DNA from: Verrucomicrobiota bacterium
Lineage (GTDB): Bacteria; Verrucomicrobiota; Verrucomicrobiia; Limisphaerales; SXQI01
Direction: 5' to 3'
NCBI GenBank assembly: GCA_033762115.1
Contig: JANRLX010000118.1
Span: forward strand, 1-50,816
Length of the DNA stretch: 50,816 nt
The stretch's first letter is position 1; the number at the start of each line of letters is the position of its first letter. Shown in pieces: positions 1 through 8,974 of this stretch. The translations under genes and the position numbers were made by a program. The notes under the pieces were generated by a model that saw nothing but the letters and a program-made list of their open reading frames with translations, was not told the DNA's origin and did no database searches.

Positions 1-1
1 G

Positions 2-682
2 GGCAATGTGACCTCGATTGTCGATCCCGAGGAGCGGATCGCGGCACGGTATGAATATGATCCCTACGGCAATCTCACGGCCAAAGCCGGACCATTCGCA
101 GACCTGAACAGCTACCGCTTCTCCTCCAAGGAAGCGCATGACCGTTCCGGCCTGGTCTATTACGGTTACCGCTTCTACGCTCCCCAATGGCAGCGCTGGG
201 TGAACAGGGATCCGATTGGGGAGGAGCTTCCCATGCACCAAGACGAGGAAGTTGCTGAATTACACTATAATCTCCATACGGGATTAAATAATTCCCCGCT
301 TATTTATGTCGATCCGGATGGTGAGGTTGCTCAAGCAATTCCAGTTATTATCAGAGTTTGTACTGGTGCTCGTTGTGCGCCTCCAGTTCCTGTTGCTATT
401 CCCACCACCTGCACTCCTGGTCTAATCAGCAATTGCCCACCAGACAAGTTAGCTGCGCTTACGGCGGCCAAAAAAAGAGCCTGTGACCCTGTCGTAAAGT
501 GTGAGGTTGGTGACTCACCGGCGGTAATGAGAGGCAAAATAGCACAGGCGAGAAAATGTATCCGAGCCCGGAGAATGCGTGATAATACATGCTTCCAAGG
601 CGGAAACCCAGGACACCATCAAGCGGTCAATCAACTCATTAATCTTATATCCACATGTCGACGATACCTGAGAAAGAGCTAA
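2..682 (+). CDS. RHS repeat-associated core protein, 3' part (5' end outside the window), with a Cys-rich Ntox16-like C-terminal toxin domain
   Basis: The frame is open from the window edge (GNVTSIVD). RHS core motifs YEYDPYG, YRFSSKE, SGLVYYGYRFY, RWVNRDPIG and PLIYVDPDG are present. The tip after nt 322 has CIRAR...CFQGGNPGH, matching the Ntox16 Arg plus (D/N/E)xxH pattern. Confidence 0.9.
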   Translation, partial: GNVTSIVDPEERIAARYEYDPYGNLTAKAGPFADLNSYRFSSKEAHDRSGLVYYGYRFYAPQWQRWVNRDPIGEELPMHQDEEVAELHYNLHTGLNNSPLIYVDPDGEVAQAIPVIIRVCTGARCAPPVPVAIPTTCTPGLISNCPPDKLAALTAAKKRACDPVVKCEVGDSPAVMRGKIAQARKCIRARRMRDNTCFQGGNPGHHQAVNQLINLISTCRRYLRKS

Positions 683-684
683 TA

Positions 685-1137
685 ATGGAAATTCAGGAAG
701 CGTTCGATTTGGTTGTGACCCCTGCTGCTTCCGAATGGCTGCATGAAGAATGTGGAGACGATGATGATATTGTAGATTTTTTTAGATTTAAAAGCTGGAA
801 AAATATACCTAGTGCCACAATTGCAAAGAATTATTCGGCACTGCCATTTCTAAGCCCAAAAGCCTTTGCGTTTGTTTTGCCTGCATATTTAATTTGGGTG
901 CTCGAAAACTACAAAACAAGCGCCAGTCCAACAGTGGATACAACTATTTACAACTTAACCCCATTTAATAAATCTGAAAACCTCGACTTATTTATTGAAT
1001 CTAAATATCACTTGCTGACAAATAATCAAAAAACTGCGATTTTAAAATGGCTCCTATTTCTCTCCAAATATGGGGAGGAGCGTGTTGACATGAAGTTTGT
1101 CCGAAAGGCACTTGGTTATTGGCTAACTTATCAATAG
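685..1137 (+). CDS. Putative immunity protein (DUF6714-like)
   Basis: ATG lies 2 nt after the toxin stop; AT-rich; motif SALPFLSPKAFAFVLPAYLIWVL resembles DUF6714; classic immunity-gene position. Confidence 0.7.
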   Translation: MEIQEAFDLVVTPAASEWLHEECGDDDDIVDFFRFKSWKNIPSATIAKNYSALPFLSPKAFAFVLPAYLIWVLENYKTSASPTVDTTIYNLTPFNKSENLDLFIESKYHLLTNNQKTAILKWLLFLSKYGEERVDMKFVRKALGYWLTYQ

Positions 1138-1182
1138 ATAGCCGAATGCCTTGATTGGTGCTATTCCCATGCCCATCGGCGG

Positions 1183-1443
1183 TTGACCGCGACGCGGAAT
1201 GCAGGAAATTACTGGGAGTATGGTTACGATGATGTGGGGCAACTCATCGCGGCGAATGGGAAGGAGAGCGGCGGGACTGCGCGGTTGCATGAGAAGCTGG
1301 GGTATGATTATGATGCGGCGGGTAACCTGCTTTACCGAACGAACAACGCGCTTGTGCAAACGTTCAACAGCGACAGCCTGAACCAGTTGACGACCGCCAC
1401 CCGGACGGGCACGGCGGAGTCCATGCCTGGTTCTGACCAATAG
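1183..1443 (+). pseudogene. RHS/YD-repeat fragment
   Basis: YWEYGYDDVGQL and YDYDAAGNLLYRTNN...DSLNQLT are YD repeats. GC-rich island inside AT-rich DNA, no credible start, stops after 86 aa. Confidence 0.8.
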
Positions 1444-1537
1444 CCGCAGTTGGGAATACGGTTCTCGCCTGAAATCAATCCAGCACAACACCTCTGCTGG
1501 CCTGGTGGATGATGCCTTCAAAGAGATGGAAACATGA
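1430..1537 (+). pseudogene. Possible second RHS fragment in another frame
   Basis: Translates VLTNSRSWEYGSRLKSIQHNT..., which resembles an RHS repeat turn. Confidence 0.4.
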
Positions 1538-1576
1538 TAGCGGACAATTATCGATTCATTCAATTTTCAAATTATT

Positions 1577-1885
1577 ATGGATGATCTGAGATTATTGATT
1601 GTTCCTTTGTGAGTAGCGTTTTCTTGATCCGAGAAGTTCAGACGTATTATTAACCGGTTTCGCTTCTCACTTTGGCGGTTGATTTGGCTTTTGCTTTCGA
1701 GTGCAATAGCCTTTATTGGAATCGCCCTTGCTTTACGTATGATTTTTGGCTTTCACGTATTTACAAGTTTTACCGCTTTTCGGTTTTGTGTTCGGGTTGA
1801 GTGTGAGTCTCGGTTCCATTTGGCTGGCTTACGAATATCACGAGACCGGTCTTGGGCGAATGCTTCGCCGAGTGTTCCGCTTTGA
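1577..1885 (+). pseudogene. Degraded small membrane-protein gene (possible orphan immunity remnant)
   Basis: MDDLRLLIVPL*VAFFLI... then a hydrophobic segment (LIWLLLSSAIAFIGIALAL) after an in-frame stop; AT-rich. Confidence 0.3.
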
Positions 1886-1923
1886 GGTTTGAACTATCCA
1901 CGCCAACCAGTGGATTATAGCTG

Positions 1924-2016
1924 AACCGGCTGGCGAGTGCTCAATCGACGACGAACCTGCCAACGGGTGTGCGGTAAAGAATCGCTTTCACTTACGATTA
2001 TGAAGGGCGACGATGG
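1924..2016 (+). pseudogene. RHS fragment with an in-frame stop
   Basis: NRLASAQSTTNLPTGVR*RIAFTYDYEGRRW, the 'NRL...F.YDY.GRR' segment typical of RHS repeats. Confidence 0.7.
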
Positions 2017-2103
2017 CCATGCTTTAACAGAATTATCAGTGCAGTCGCAGGGCAGCTTACGATACGATGGATTCAGTATATCACCTTTTTGAGGATGAAT
2101 AGC

Positions 2104-2457
2104 ATGAAGACTCACAAGTGGCTCATAGGAGTGGTGTCTTTTGTTGCAATTCTTTTTCTGTTATACGCCTGTTTTCCTTATGGCCCTTCGCACCGCGTAC
2201 AGATTGAGGCGCGGAAGCTAAGCGGCCAAATCAGAGACTGGGTTCTGCTTGGAAAACCCGATGCATTTGGCTTTACCAAGGAATATGGTAGATGCTACGT
2301 TGAAAAAACAAATTTCGTGGTTCAAGGCACTAATTATCTTGGGGTTTTGGCTTGGGAATCATCCAGTCTTCGAAGCAATGGACGACTAATAGGGACTGAG
2401 CAGCATGAAATCTTCTGGTGCGACGAAAAGGGATGTACTCGCGTGAAATGGCGTTAG
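2104..2457 (+). CDS. Hypothetical membrane-anchored protein (possible orphan immunity protein)
   Basis: N-terminal hydrophobic helix (WLIGVVSFVAILFLLYAC); follows an RHS remnant. Confidence 0.55.
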   Translation: MKTHKWLIGVVSFVAILFLLYACFPYGPSHRVQIEARKLSGQIRDWVLLGKPDAFGFTKEYGRCYVEKTNFVVQGTNYLGVLAWESSSLRSNGRLIGTEQHEIFWCDEKGCTRVKWR

Positions 2458-2694
2458 CGGAGAAATTTCCAGCACACGATGCTGTACAATTTGAACTTGT
2501 ACACGCCAACCATTGCCAAGGGTTGCCAGGAGGATTTGGCGCTTGAAGCGGGTGAGGCTTCCCAAGCCCCACGAGTTAGTTGCCCAGCGAAGGAGATTCG
2601 CTTTGGAATTGTGGTCTCGACTACGAATGCCCGTAAGCCAGGCTCGCCTGCACATTCACTCTTGATCAACCGAATATGGAACATTTGTATTACC

Positions 2695-2835
2695 ATGAAC
2701 TGGAATAAAAAATTGTGGGGTTATGTGGTTGAAATGCCGTTTATGGTGGCTCTTACATTGGCAGTCGTTTTTGTGATGGTTGTGGTCAAGTTAGCTGGCT
2801 TCATTCTGAATTTCGCATTTGAGCCGATTCGTTGA
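2695..2835 (+). CDS. Small hydrophobic hypothetical protein
   Basis: 46-aa ORF with one long hydrophobic segment. Confidence 0.3.
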   Translation: MNWNKKLWGYVVEMPFMVALTLAVVFVMVVVKLAGFILNFAFEPIR

Positions 2836-3011
2836 CATCCCTTTTTCCAGGGTTGGGGAAGGTTACTGATCCTTTTTGTAGCATGGCAGATCGCTTGATG
2901 GATCTTGTTCAGAGATTTTCACGGGTGGTCTGAGATTGTGAATGAGGGGGAGAGGTGTAAGATGGGTGTGGAGTGGCGGTTTTCAAATATTAACAAGGGG
3001 GGCTGGAGTTC

Positions 3012-4058
3012 ATGAGAGGAATTGAAGAGAAGTTGTTTGGGAGGTTGGATTCAGGGGAACCGATTTCGTTGTTCACGTTGCGGAACAGGAGCGGGATGGT
3101 CGCCAGGGTAATGACTTACGGCGCAATCGTGACGGAGCTTCACTCTCCGGATCGAACCGGGCGGATGGAGAATATCGTGCTGGGATTTGCAGACCTGAAT
3201 TCCTACCTGAAGGGGCATCCCTATTTTGGAGCGGCGACGGGGCGGGTGGCCAACCGGATTGCGAAGGGAGAGTTTACGTTGAAGGGGCGGCAGTATCAAT
3301 TGCCGATCAATAATGGGCCGCACAGTTTGCATGGCGGATGGAAGGGTTTCGACAAGGTGGTGTGGGAAGCGGTCGCGCAGGAAGGAGAGGCAGGCCCTTC
3401 GGTGGGGTTCAGTTATTTGAGCAGGGATGGGGAGGAAGGTTATCCAGGGAACCTGCGGGTCCAGGTGGTTTATACCATGACCCATCGAAATGAGTTGCAA
3501 ATCGATTACAGCGCCCGAACAGACAAAACGACCATTATCAACCTGACGAACCACAGCTATTTCAACCTTGCAGGAGGGGGAGCGATTTTGGACCACGAAT
3601 TGATGCTGGCGGCAGATTATTATACGCCTGTGGATGCCAGCCTGATTCCGACCGGGGAAATCGTCCCGGTGGGTGGGACTGCATTCGATTTTACGAAGCC
3701 GCGGAAGATTGGTGAAAGGATTGGGGATTTAAAACCGACGCCGGGCGGGTATGATCATAATTTCGTGCTGCGTCAGGATAGGAGCAGGCCTGCGCTGGCG
3801 GGGCGGGTGTTTGAACCGAGGAGCGGTCGGGTAATGACGGTTCATACGACGGAACCGGGGATCCAGCTGTACACGGGGAATTTTTTGGATGGGAGTCTTG
3901 TGGGAAGCGGGGGGCAAATCTACGAGCAGCACACTGGGTTCTGCCTTGAAACGCAGCATTTTCCCGATGCGGTGCATCATGAGAATTTTCCATCGATTGT
4001 GCTGGAACCGGAGCAGGAGTTTACCTCGAGGACAGTTTACGGATTCGGTGTGGAATGA
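3012..4058 (+). CDS. galM: Aldose 1-epimerase (galactose mutarotase)
   Basis: GRVANRI, HSLHGG, EEGYPG, NLTNHSYFNL, GYDHNF, CLETQHFPD; GGAG RBS upstream. Confidence 0.97.
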   Translation: MRGIEEKLFGRLDSGEPISLFTLRNRSGMVARVMTYGAIVTELHSPDRTGRMENIVLGFADLNSYLKGHPYFGAATGRVANRIAKGEFTLKGRQYQLPINNGPHSLHGGWKGFDKVVWEAVAQEGEAGPSVGFSYLSRDGEEGYPGNLRVQVVYTMTHRNELQIDYSARTDKTTIINLTNHSYFNLAGGGAILDHELMLAADYYTPVDASLIPTGEIVPVGGTAFDFTKPRKIGERIGDLKPTPGGYDHNFVLRQDRSRPALAGRVFEPRSGRVMTVHTTEPGIQLYTGNFLDGSLVGSGGQIYEQHTGFCLETQHFPDAVHHENFPSIVLEPEQEFTSRTVYGFGVE

Positions 4059-4136
4059 GGAATTCGGTGCGGGGAGGAGGGATTGTGATTGCGCATAATT
4101 CTTTTCCATTGAACGGGTTTTGCTTTAATGCCGGGA

Positions 4137-5018
4137 ATGCGCTGGCGAAAAGTCACGTTGATCGGAGTTGGATTGCTGGGCGGGTCTCTTGGACTCGCGC
4201 TGCGGCAATTGCGGCTTGCCGATCAGGTTTGGGGATATGTGCGTCGCCGGGAGAGCGTTGATGAGTGCATTCGATGTGAGGTGGTGGATCATTGCACGAA
4301 TGATTTGAAGGAGAGTGTGACCGGATCGGACCTGGTGGTATTCTGCACGCCGATCAGCCAGATGGCCCCGCTGGGAAAGGAGCTGGCACCGTTCCTGTCG
4401 CCGGGGACAATCGTTACTGATGTGGGGAGCGTGAAGCATTCGGTTGTGCAGGAGCTGACCCCAATCATTGCGAAAGGCGGCGGGATTTTTGTGGGGAGCC
4501 ATCCGATGGCGGGATCTGAAAAAATGGGTGTCGCAGCAGCGAGAGCGGATCTGTTTACGAATTCAATCTGTGTTGTCACTGAGACTGAGAATCAACCGGA
4601 GGCGACTGCCCGTGTCAGGCAATTATGGGAATCGGTGGGGGCGCGGACGGTGCAAATGAGCAGCCAGCAGCATGATGAATTTGTGAGCCGGACCAGTCAT
4701 TTGCCGCATCTGGTGGCAGCGCAACTGGCACATTATGTTTTGGCCCCAACCCACCCGGCAGAGCAATCGCTGTTGTGTGCGAATGGATTTCGTGACACGA
4801 CACGAATTGCTTCCGGTTCGCCAGAGATGTGGCGGGATATCTCAGTGGCAAACCGGAAGCAGTTGTCGATCGAACTGGGGATTTTTATTAATGAACTTTC
4901 ACAATTGCGGGAGGCGCTCGATCAAATGGATACCGGAGCGATCCAAAAATTTTTCGATACGGCGAAGCAACGGCGGGACGCATGGTGCGCGAGGATGGCT
5001 TCCCCTTCACCAGAATAG
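4137..5018 (+). CDS. tyrA: Prephenate/arogenate dehydrogenase
   Basis: GVGLLGGS Rossmann motif, TDVGSVK, HPMAGSE, SHLPH, GFRDTTRIA. Alternative start at 4128. Confidence 0.95.
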   Translation: MRWRKVTLIGVGLLGGSLGLALRQLRLADQVWGYVRRRESVDECIRCEVVDHCTNDLKESVTGSDLVVFCTPISQMAPLGKELAPFLSPGTIVTDVGSVKHSVVQELTPIIAKGGGIFVGSHPMAGSEKMGVAAARADLFTNSICVVTETENQPEATARVRQLWESVGARTVQMSSQQHDEFVSRTSHLPHLVAAQLAHYVLAPTHPAEQSLLCANGFRDTTRIASGSPEMWRDISVANRKQLSIELGIFINELSQLREALDQMDTGAIQKFFDTAKQRRDAWCARMASPSPE

Positions 5019-5021
5019 CGG

Positions 5022-6308
5022 ATGTCACTTCCTTCGTTGATTGAAATTCTGCCGATCTCCGCCCCGGTGGCGGCAGAGATCACCACCCCGGGGTCCAAGA
5101 GCATCACGAATCGCGCGCTGGTGCTGGCGGCGCTGGCGAGCGGCAGGATTACCTTGGAAGGGGCGCTCTGGAGCGAGGACACGCAGGTGATGGTGGAGTG
5201 CCTGAAGCAACTGGGTTTCGAAATTCAGCTTGCAGATGATCCGCTTGAATCGTGCAACCGGCAGATCACTGTCACCGGGCTGGGAGGTGTGATTCCACGC
5301 AGTGGCAGCCCAGAGCGCCCGCTCGAATTATTTGTGGGCAATGCCGGGACTGCGGCCCGTTTTCTCTCGGCGCTTCTCTGCCTGGGCCAGGGAAGCTATC
5401 GGCTGCATGGAGTCGCAAGGATGCATGAGCGGCCCCAGGCGGCGCTGTTCAAGGCGTTGCGGGAGCTGGGTTATCGGATTGATTCAGAGAATGAGCGGTT
5501 GCCAGCGGTGATTCATGGGAAGGGAGCAACGGGAGGTTCCTGTTCGGTGGCAATCGAGGAGAGTTCACAATTCGCCTCGGCATTGCTGCTTTGCGCCGAA
5601 CATGGCGGTTGGAACATCCGGGTGACGGGGGAGGATGCGGAGGAATCACCCTATGTCACAATGACAAGCCAGCTTCTGGATCGCTTTCCGCGCAGGGGTG
5701 GGTCATTCCAGATCGAACCGGATGCCTCGAGCGCGAGTTATTTCTGGGGCGCAGGCTGGTTGCTGAAGCAAACAGCAGCAACGGTGGGATCAAAGATCAC
5801 GGTGCATAACTGGCCGAAGGAATTTCTCCAGGTGGACACGCATTTTCCGGTGCGGATTTTTGAACTGCCGGGGAGACTTTCCAGACGGGACCAATTGGGG
5901 GACAGCATCATGACCGCCATTGTGCTGGCACCGTTTGCCACTGGAGTTTCGACATTTACGGATTTGGGGCGCCTGCGCTTGCAGGAATGTGAGCGGGTGC
6001 ATGCATTGAAAACGGAACTTTCCAAATGCGGGGCGGTCATCGAGGAGAGAGGTGACACGCTGGAGGTGCATCCCTCTCCGTTGCATGGGGCCGAGATTGA
6101 GACGTATCATGACCATCGAATGGCGATGTGTTTTGCGACTCTGGGATTGAATGTTCCGGGAATCCGGCTCAAAAATCCGGCCTGCGTGAAAAAAACGTTC
6201 CCCAATTTTTTTCAGAAACTTGCCGCAGCAACTCCACACGGGCTTGGTGTGGGAATCCTGGATAAAGATGGCAATCGCCTGGAATTGAACCAACTATTTG
6301 CAGATTGA
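5022..6308 (+). CDS. aroA: EPSP synthase
   Basis: PGSKSITNR, GNAGTAARF, SSQFASALL, ECER, DHRMAM, VKKTFPNF. Confidence 0.96.
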   Translation: MSLPSLIEILPISAPVAAEITTPGSKSITNRALVLAALASGRITLEGALWSEDTQVMVECLKQLGFEIQLADDPLESCNRQITVTGLGGVIPRSGSPERPLELFVGNAGTAARFLSALLCLGQGSYRLHGVARMHERPQAALFKALRELGYRIDSENERLPAVIHGKGATGGSCSVAIEESSQFASALLLCAEHGGWNIRVTGEDAEESPYVTMTSQLLDRFPRRGGSFQIEPDASSASYFWGAGWLLKQTAATVGSKITVHNWPKEFLQVDTHFPVRIFELPGRLSRRDQLGDSIMTAIVLAPFATGVSTFTDLGRLRLQECERVHALKTELSKCGAVIEERGDTLEVHPSPLHGAEIETYHDHRMAMCFATLGLNVPGIRLKNPACVKKTFPNFFQKLAAATPHGLGVGILDKDGNRLELNQLFAD

Positions 6309-6310
6309 AG

Positions 6311-6967
6311 ATGCAGCACCCGATAGTGATTGCGATTGATGGCACCAGCGCCAGCGGCAAGAGCACCAACGCGCGAATGGTGGCGAAAGCGCTGGGGTTC
6401 GTTTACGTGGACACGGGAGCGATGTACCGGACGCTGGCCTGGCATTGCCTGAAGGAAAAAATTGATATTCATGATCCCAGGGCAGTGGTGACCGCATGTC
6501 GCAAATGGCATACATCACTCAATTGCGTGGATGGGCAGGTGCAACTGCATGTGAACGGTTATTTCCCGGAGAAGGAAATTCGCACGGCGGAAATCAGCGC
6601 GGCGGTGGCCTACGTGGCAGCAGTCCCGAAAATCCGCGACTGGATGAAAAAAACACAGCGTGAATGCCTGAAGTTCGGCAACCTGGTGATGGAGGGGCGG
6701 GACATCGGGTCAAATGTTTTTCCTGAAACTGATTTTAAATTTTACATGGATGCCTGCCTGCAGGAACGGAGCAAACGGCGGGAAGCGGAGGGGGTGCAGG
6801 AAAACCTGGCCGCCCGGGACCATCGCGACAGCCAGCGGGCGGCAGCTCCATTGATGGTCCCACTGGGGGCAAAGATCATCAATAATTCCGGAATGACTCC
6901 GCAGGAATCGTGCGACATCATCCTGGAAGAGATTTACCTAAGGGCTCCTTCCCTGCGACCTGCCTGA
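6311..6967 (+). CDS. cmk: Cytidylate kinase
   Basis: IAIDGTSASGKST, DTGAMYR, MEGRDIG, RDHRDSQR; follows aroA. Confidence 0.95.
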   Translation: MQHPIVIAIDGTSASGKSTNARMVAKALGFVYVDTGAMYRTLAWHCLKEKIDIHDPRAVVTACRKWHTSLNCVDGQVQLHVNGYFPEKEIRTAEISAAVAYVAAVPKIRDWMKKTQRECLKFGNLVMEGRDIGSNVFPETDFKFYMDACLQERSKRREAEGVQENLAARDHRDSQRAAAPLMVPLGAKIINNSGMTPQESCDIILEEIYLRAPSLRPA

Positions 6968-6973
6968 CCTGCT

Positions 6974-7612
6974 GTGACGCTGAGCTATTTTATTGCGTGG
7001 TCGATGTTTCGCCTGATTTACGGGACTTATTTTCGATGGCGGATTTATACCCCGGAAAATGTTCCAAGAAATGGACCAGTAATCCTCGCGGCCAATCACG
7101 CGAGTTTCATAGACCCGCCCCTGGTCGGCTCGGCCTTGCCTCGGCCAATCAATTACCTGGCGCGTGAATCGCTATTCCGGTTTCCGTTGATGGGAGCAGT
7201 TCTACGTTCGTGGAACGCGGTGCCGGTGGACCGGGATGGGGGTGGCGCAGCCGGTCTTCGGGCCATTCTGGATCGGTTGCTGGCTGGAGGGGCGATCATT
7301 TTGTTTCCGGAAGGAACCCGGACGAGGGATGGAAAACTTCAACCTGCCCGTTCCGGGATTGGATTGACCGTGATCAAATCGGAAGCGCCGGTTGTGCCGG
7401 TGCGTGTCTTTGGGACTTTTGAGGCGTTTAACCGAAATCACAAATTTCCACGGCCACGCCGGATTGCGGTCAAGTACGGGAAGCCGATTGATTTCTCGCG
7501 ACTGCGGAATGAAGCGAAAACGTGCAGCAAACCGCGCCTGAAAGAGATTTACCAGGAAATTGCGGATGAGATCATGAAACGGATTGCGGCATTGGAGCCT
7601 GACGAGAATTAA
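6974..7612 (+). CDS. plsC: 1-acyl-sn-glycerol-3-phosphate acyltransferase
   Basis: NHASFIDP (HxxxxD) and FPEGTR motifs; follows cmk. Confidence 0.92.
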   Translation: MTLSYFIAWSMFRLIYGTYFRWRIYTPENVPRNGPVILAANHASFIDPPLVGSALPRPINYLARESLFRFPLMGAVLRSWNAVPVDRDGGGAAGLRAILDRLLAGGAIILFPEGTRTRDGKLQPARSGIGLTVIKSEAPVVPVRVFGTFEAFNRNHKFPRPRRIAVKYGKPIDFSRLRNEAKTCSKPRLKEIYQEIADEIMKRIAALEPDEN

Positions 7613-7839
7613 ATCCTTTGGGTGGTTGAATTGTCCAATCGGCCAAACGGGTTAAAACTTCGGTTTAAAGGAGCTCACAATGCTGGAGCATCCGCACGCC
7701 TGAGAGAATTGTCGGAGACGCATTTTGAAAGCGCAACAAAGGTGGACTGACCTCCGCCTGAACATTCGTGGAGCAACCTGCGAAAAAGGAATTCAAGAAA
7801 AGAGTTGTGAGCCTGCGGGAACAGACTTAAAACGGCGTC

Positions 7840-8871
7840 ATGCCAAAGCCGGTTTCTGATTTCACGATTTTTTCACTGCTCAATTCACCTGCTGCCAATC
7901 GGCGGAGATTTCTGCACTTGTTGGGTGGGGCGGCGATGAGCGCCTCCTTGCCAGGGGTCCATGGAGCGAGCCGAAAAAGTTATCGTTTCGGGATGATTGC
8001 GAAATCGCAAGGGAACCCGTTTTTTGAAGCTTCCCGAGTGGGAGCGGAGGATGCAGCGAGGGAATTGGGAGCAAAACATGGGGTGAATATCAAAATTGAT
8101 TGGCGGACCCCGAACGAAGAGGATGCGCAAAAACAGGCGGAATTCGTTGAGCAACTACTGCTCGGAGGCGTGGATGGAATCCTGATCAGCTGTTCGGATG
8201 CGAACAAATTAACCAGCGCCATTAACAAGGCAGTGGAACAGGCGGTTCCAGTGGCGACTTTTTCGGGTGATGCCCCCGCAAGCAAACGTTTTGTAGCCCT
8301 GGGGATCGATGATTTCGATTGCGGTGTGGCGACAATGGATGCCCTGGCCAAAGAGCTTGGTGGGAAAGGGGTGGTGGCAGCGATTGATGGCAACCCAAAT
8401 GCGGCCAACCTGCAGAAACGGGCGGCGGGGTTCCGTGAAGCAGGGAAGAAGCACAAAGGCATTCAGTTGCGGGACATCTATTATCACAAGGAAACACCGC
8501 AGGACGCCGTGGCAAAAATCGAGCAGGTGATGCAGGCCAATCCTGACATTACCGGCTGGGGGTTGCTGGGAGGGTGGCCGCTATTTACGCAGAATGCGCT
8601 GAAATGGAGCCCTGGCACGATCAAGTGCGTCTGTGTGGACGCCTTGCCGCAGCAATTGCCGTATGTACGGAGCGGACATGTGCAACTTCTTCTGTCGCAA
8701 GATGTTTATGGATATGGATATCATGGGGTGGAGCATTTGTTGAACAAGGTCATGCTGAAGAAAAACCCGGCAAAAGTCCTGGATAACACCCCTTTAACCC
8801 CGGTCAACAAGGATAACCTGGAGGAATTTGCGAAAAATTGGGAGAAATGGATGCCGAAAAAAGCTTCCTGA
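7840..8871 (+). CDS. Sugar ABC transporter substrate-binding protein (Peripla_BP_4 type), Tat-type signal
   Basis: NRRRFL twin-arginine signal; KSQGNPFF, DAQKQ, GVDGILIS and RAAGF are typical of RbsB-like proteins. Confidence 0.88.
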   Translation: MPKPVSDFTIFSLLNSPAANRRRFLHLLGGAAMSASLPGVHGASRKSYRFGMIAKSQGNPFFEASRVGAEDAARELGAKHGVNIKIDWRTPNEEDAQKQAEFVEQLLLGGVDGILISCSDANKLTSAINKAVEQAVPVATFSGDAPASKRFVALGIDDFDCGVATMDALAKELGGKGVVAAIDGNPNAANLQKRAAGFREAGKKHKGIQLRDIYYHKETPQDAVAKIEQVMQANPDITGWGLLGGWPLFTQNALKWSPGTIKCVCVDALPQQLPYVRSGHVQLLLSQDVYGYGYHGVEHLLNKVMLKKNPAKVLDNTPLTPVNKDNLEEFAKNWEKWMPKKAS

Positions 8872-8974
8872 GAACCGCGCCAGAGTGGAGATTGTTTATC
8901 GCTTAAGCGAACTCCTTACCATAACGATATATAGATTGCGCAGGGGAGTTCCCGGATTACTTTGTTTCGCTTAA

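Noticed and set aside
1888..2600. Integron attC sites in the orphan cassette region
   Set aside because: No matching RYYYAAC/GTTRRRY boxes enclosing a long imperfect palindrome could be identified.
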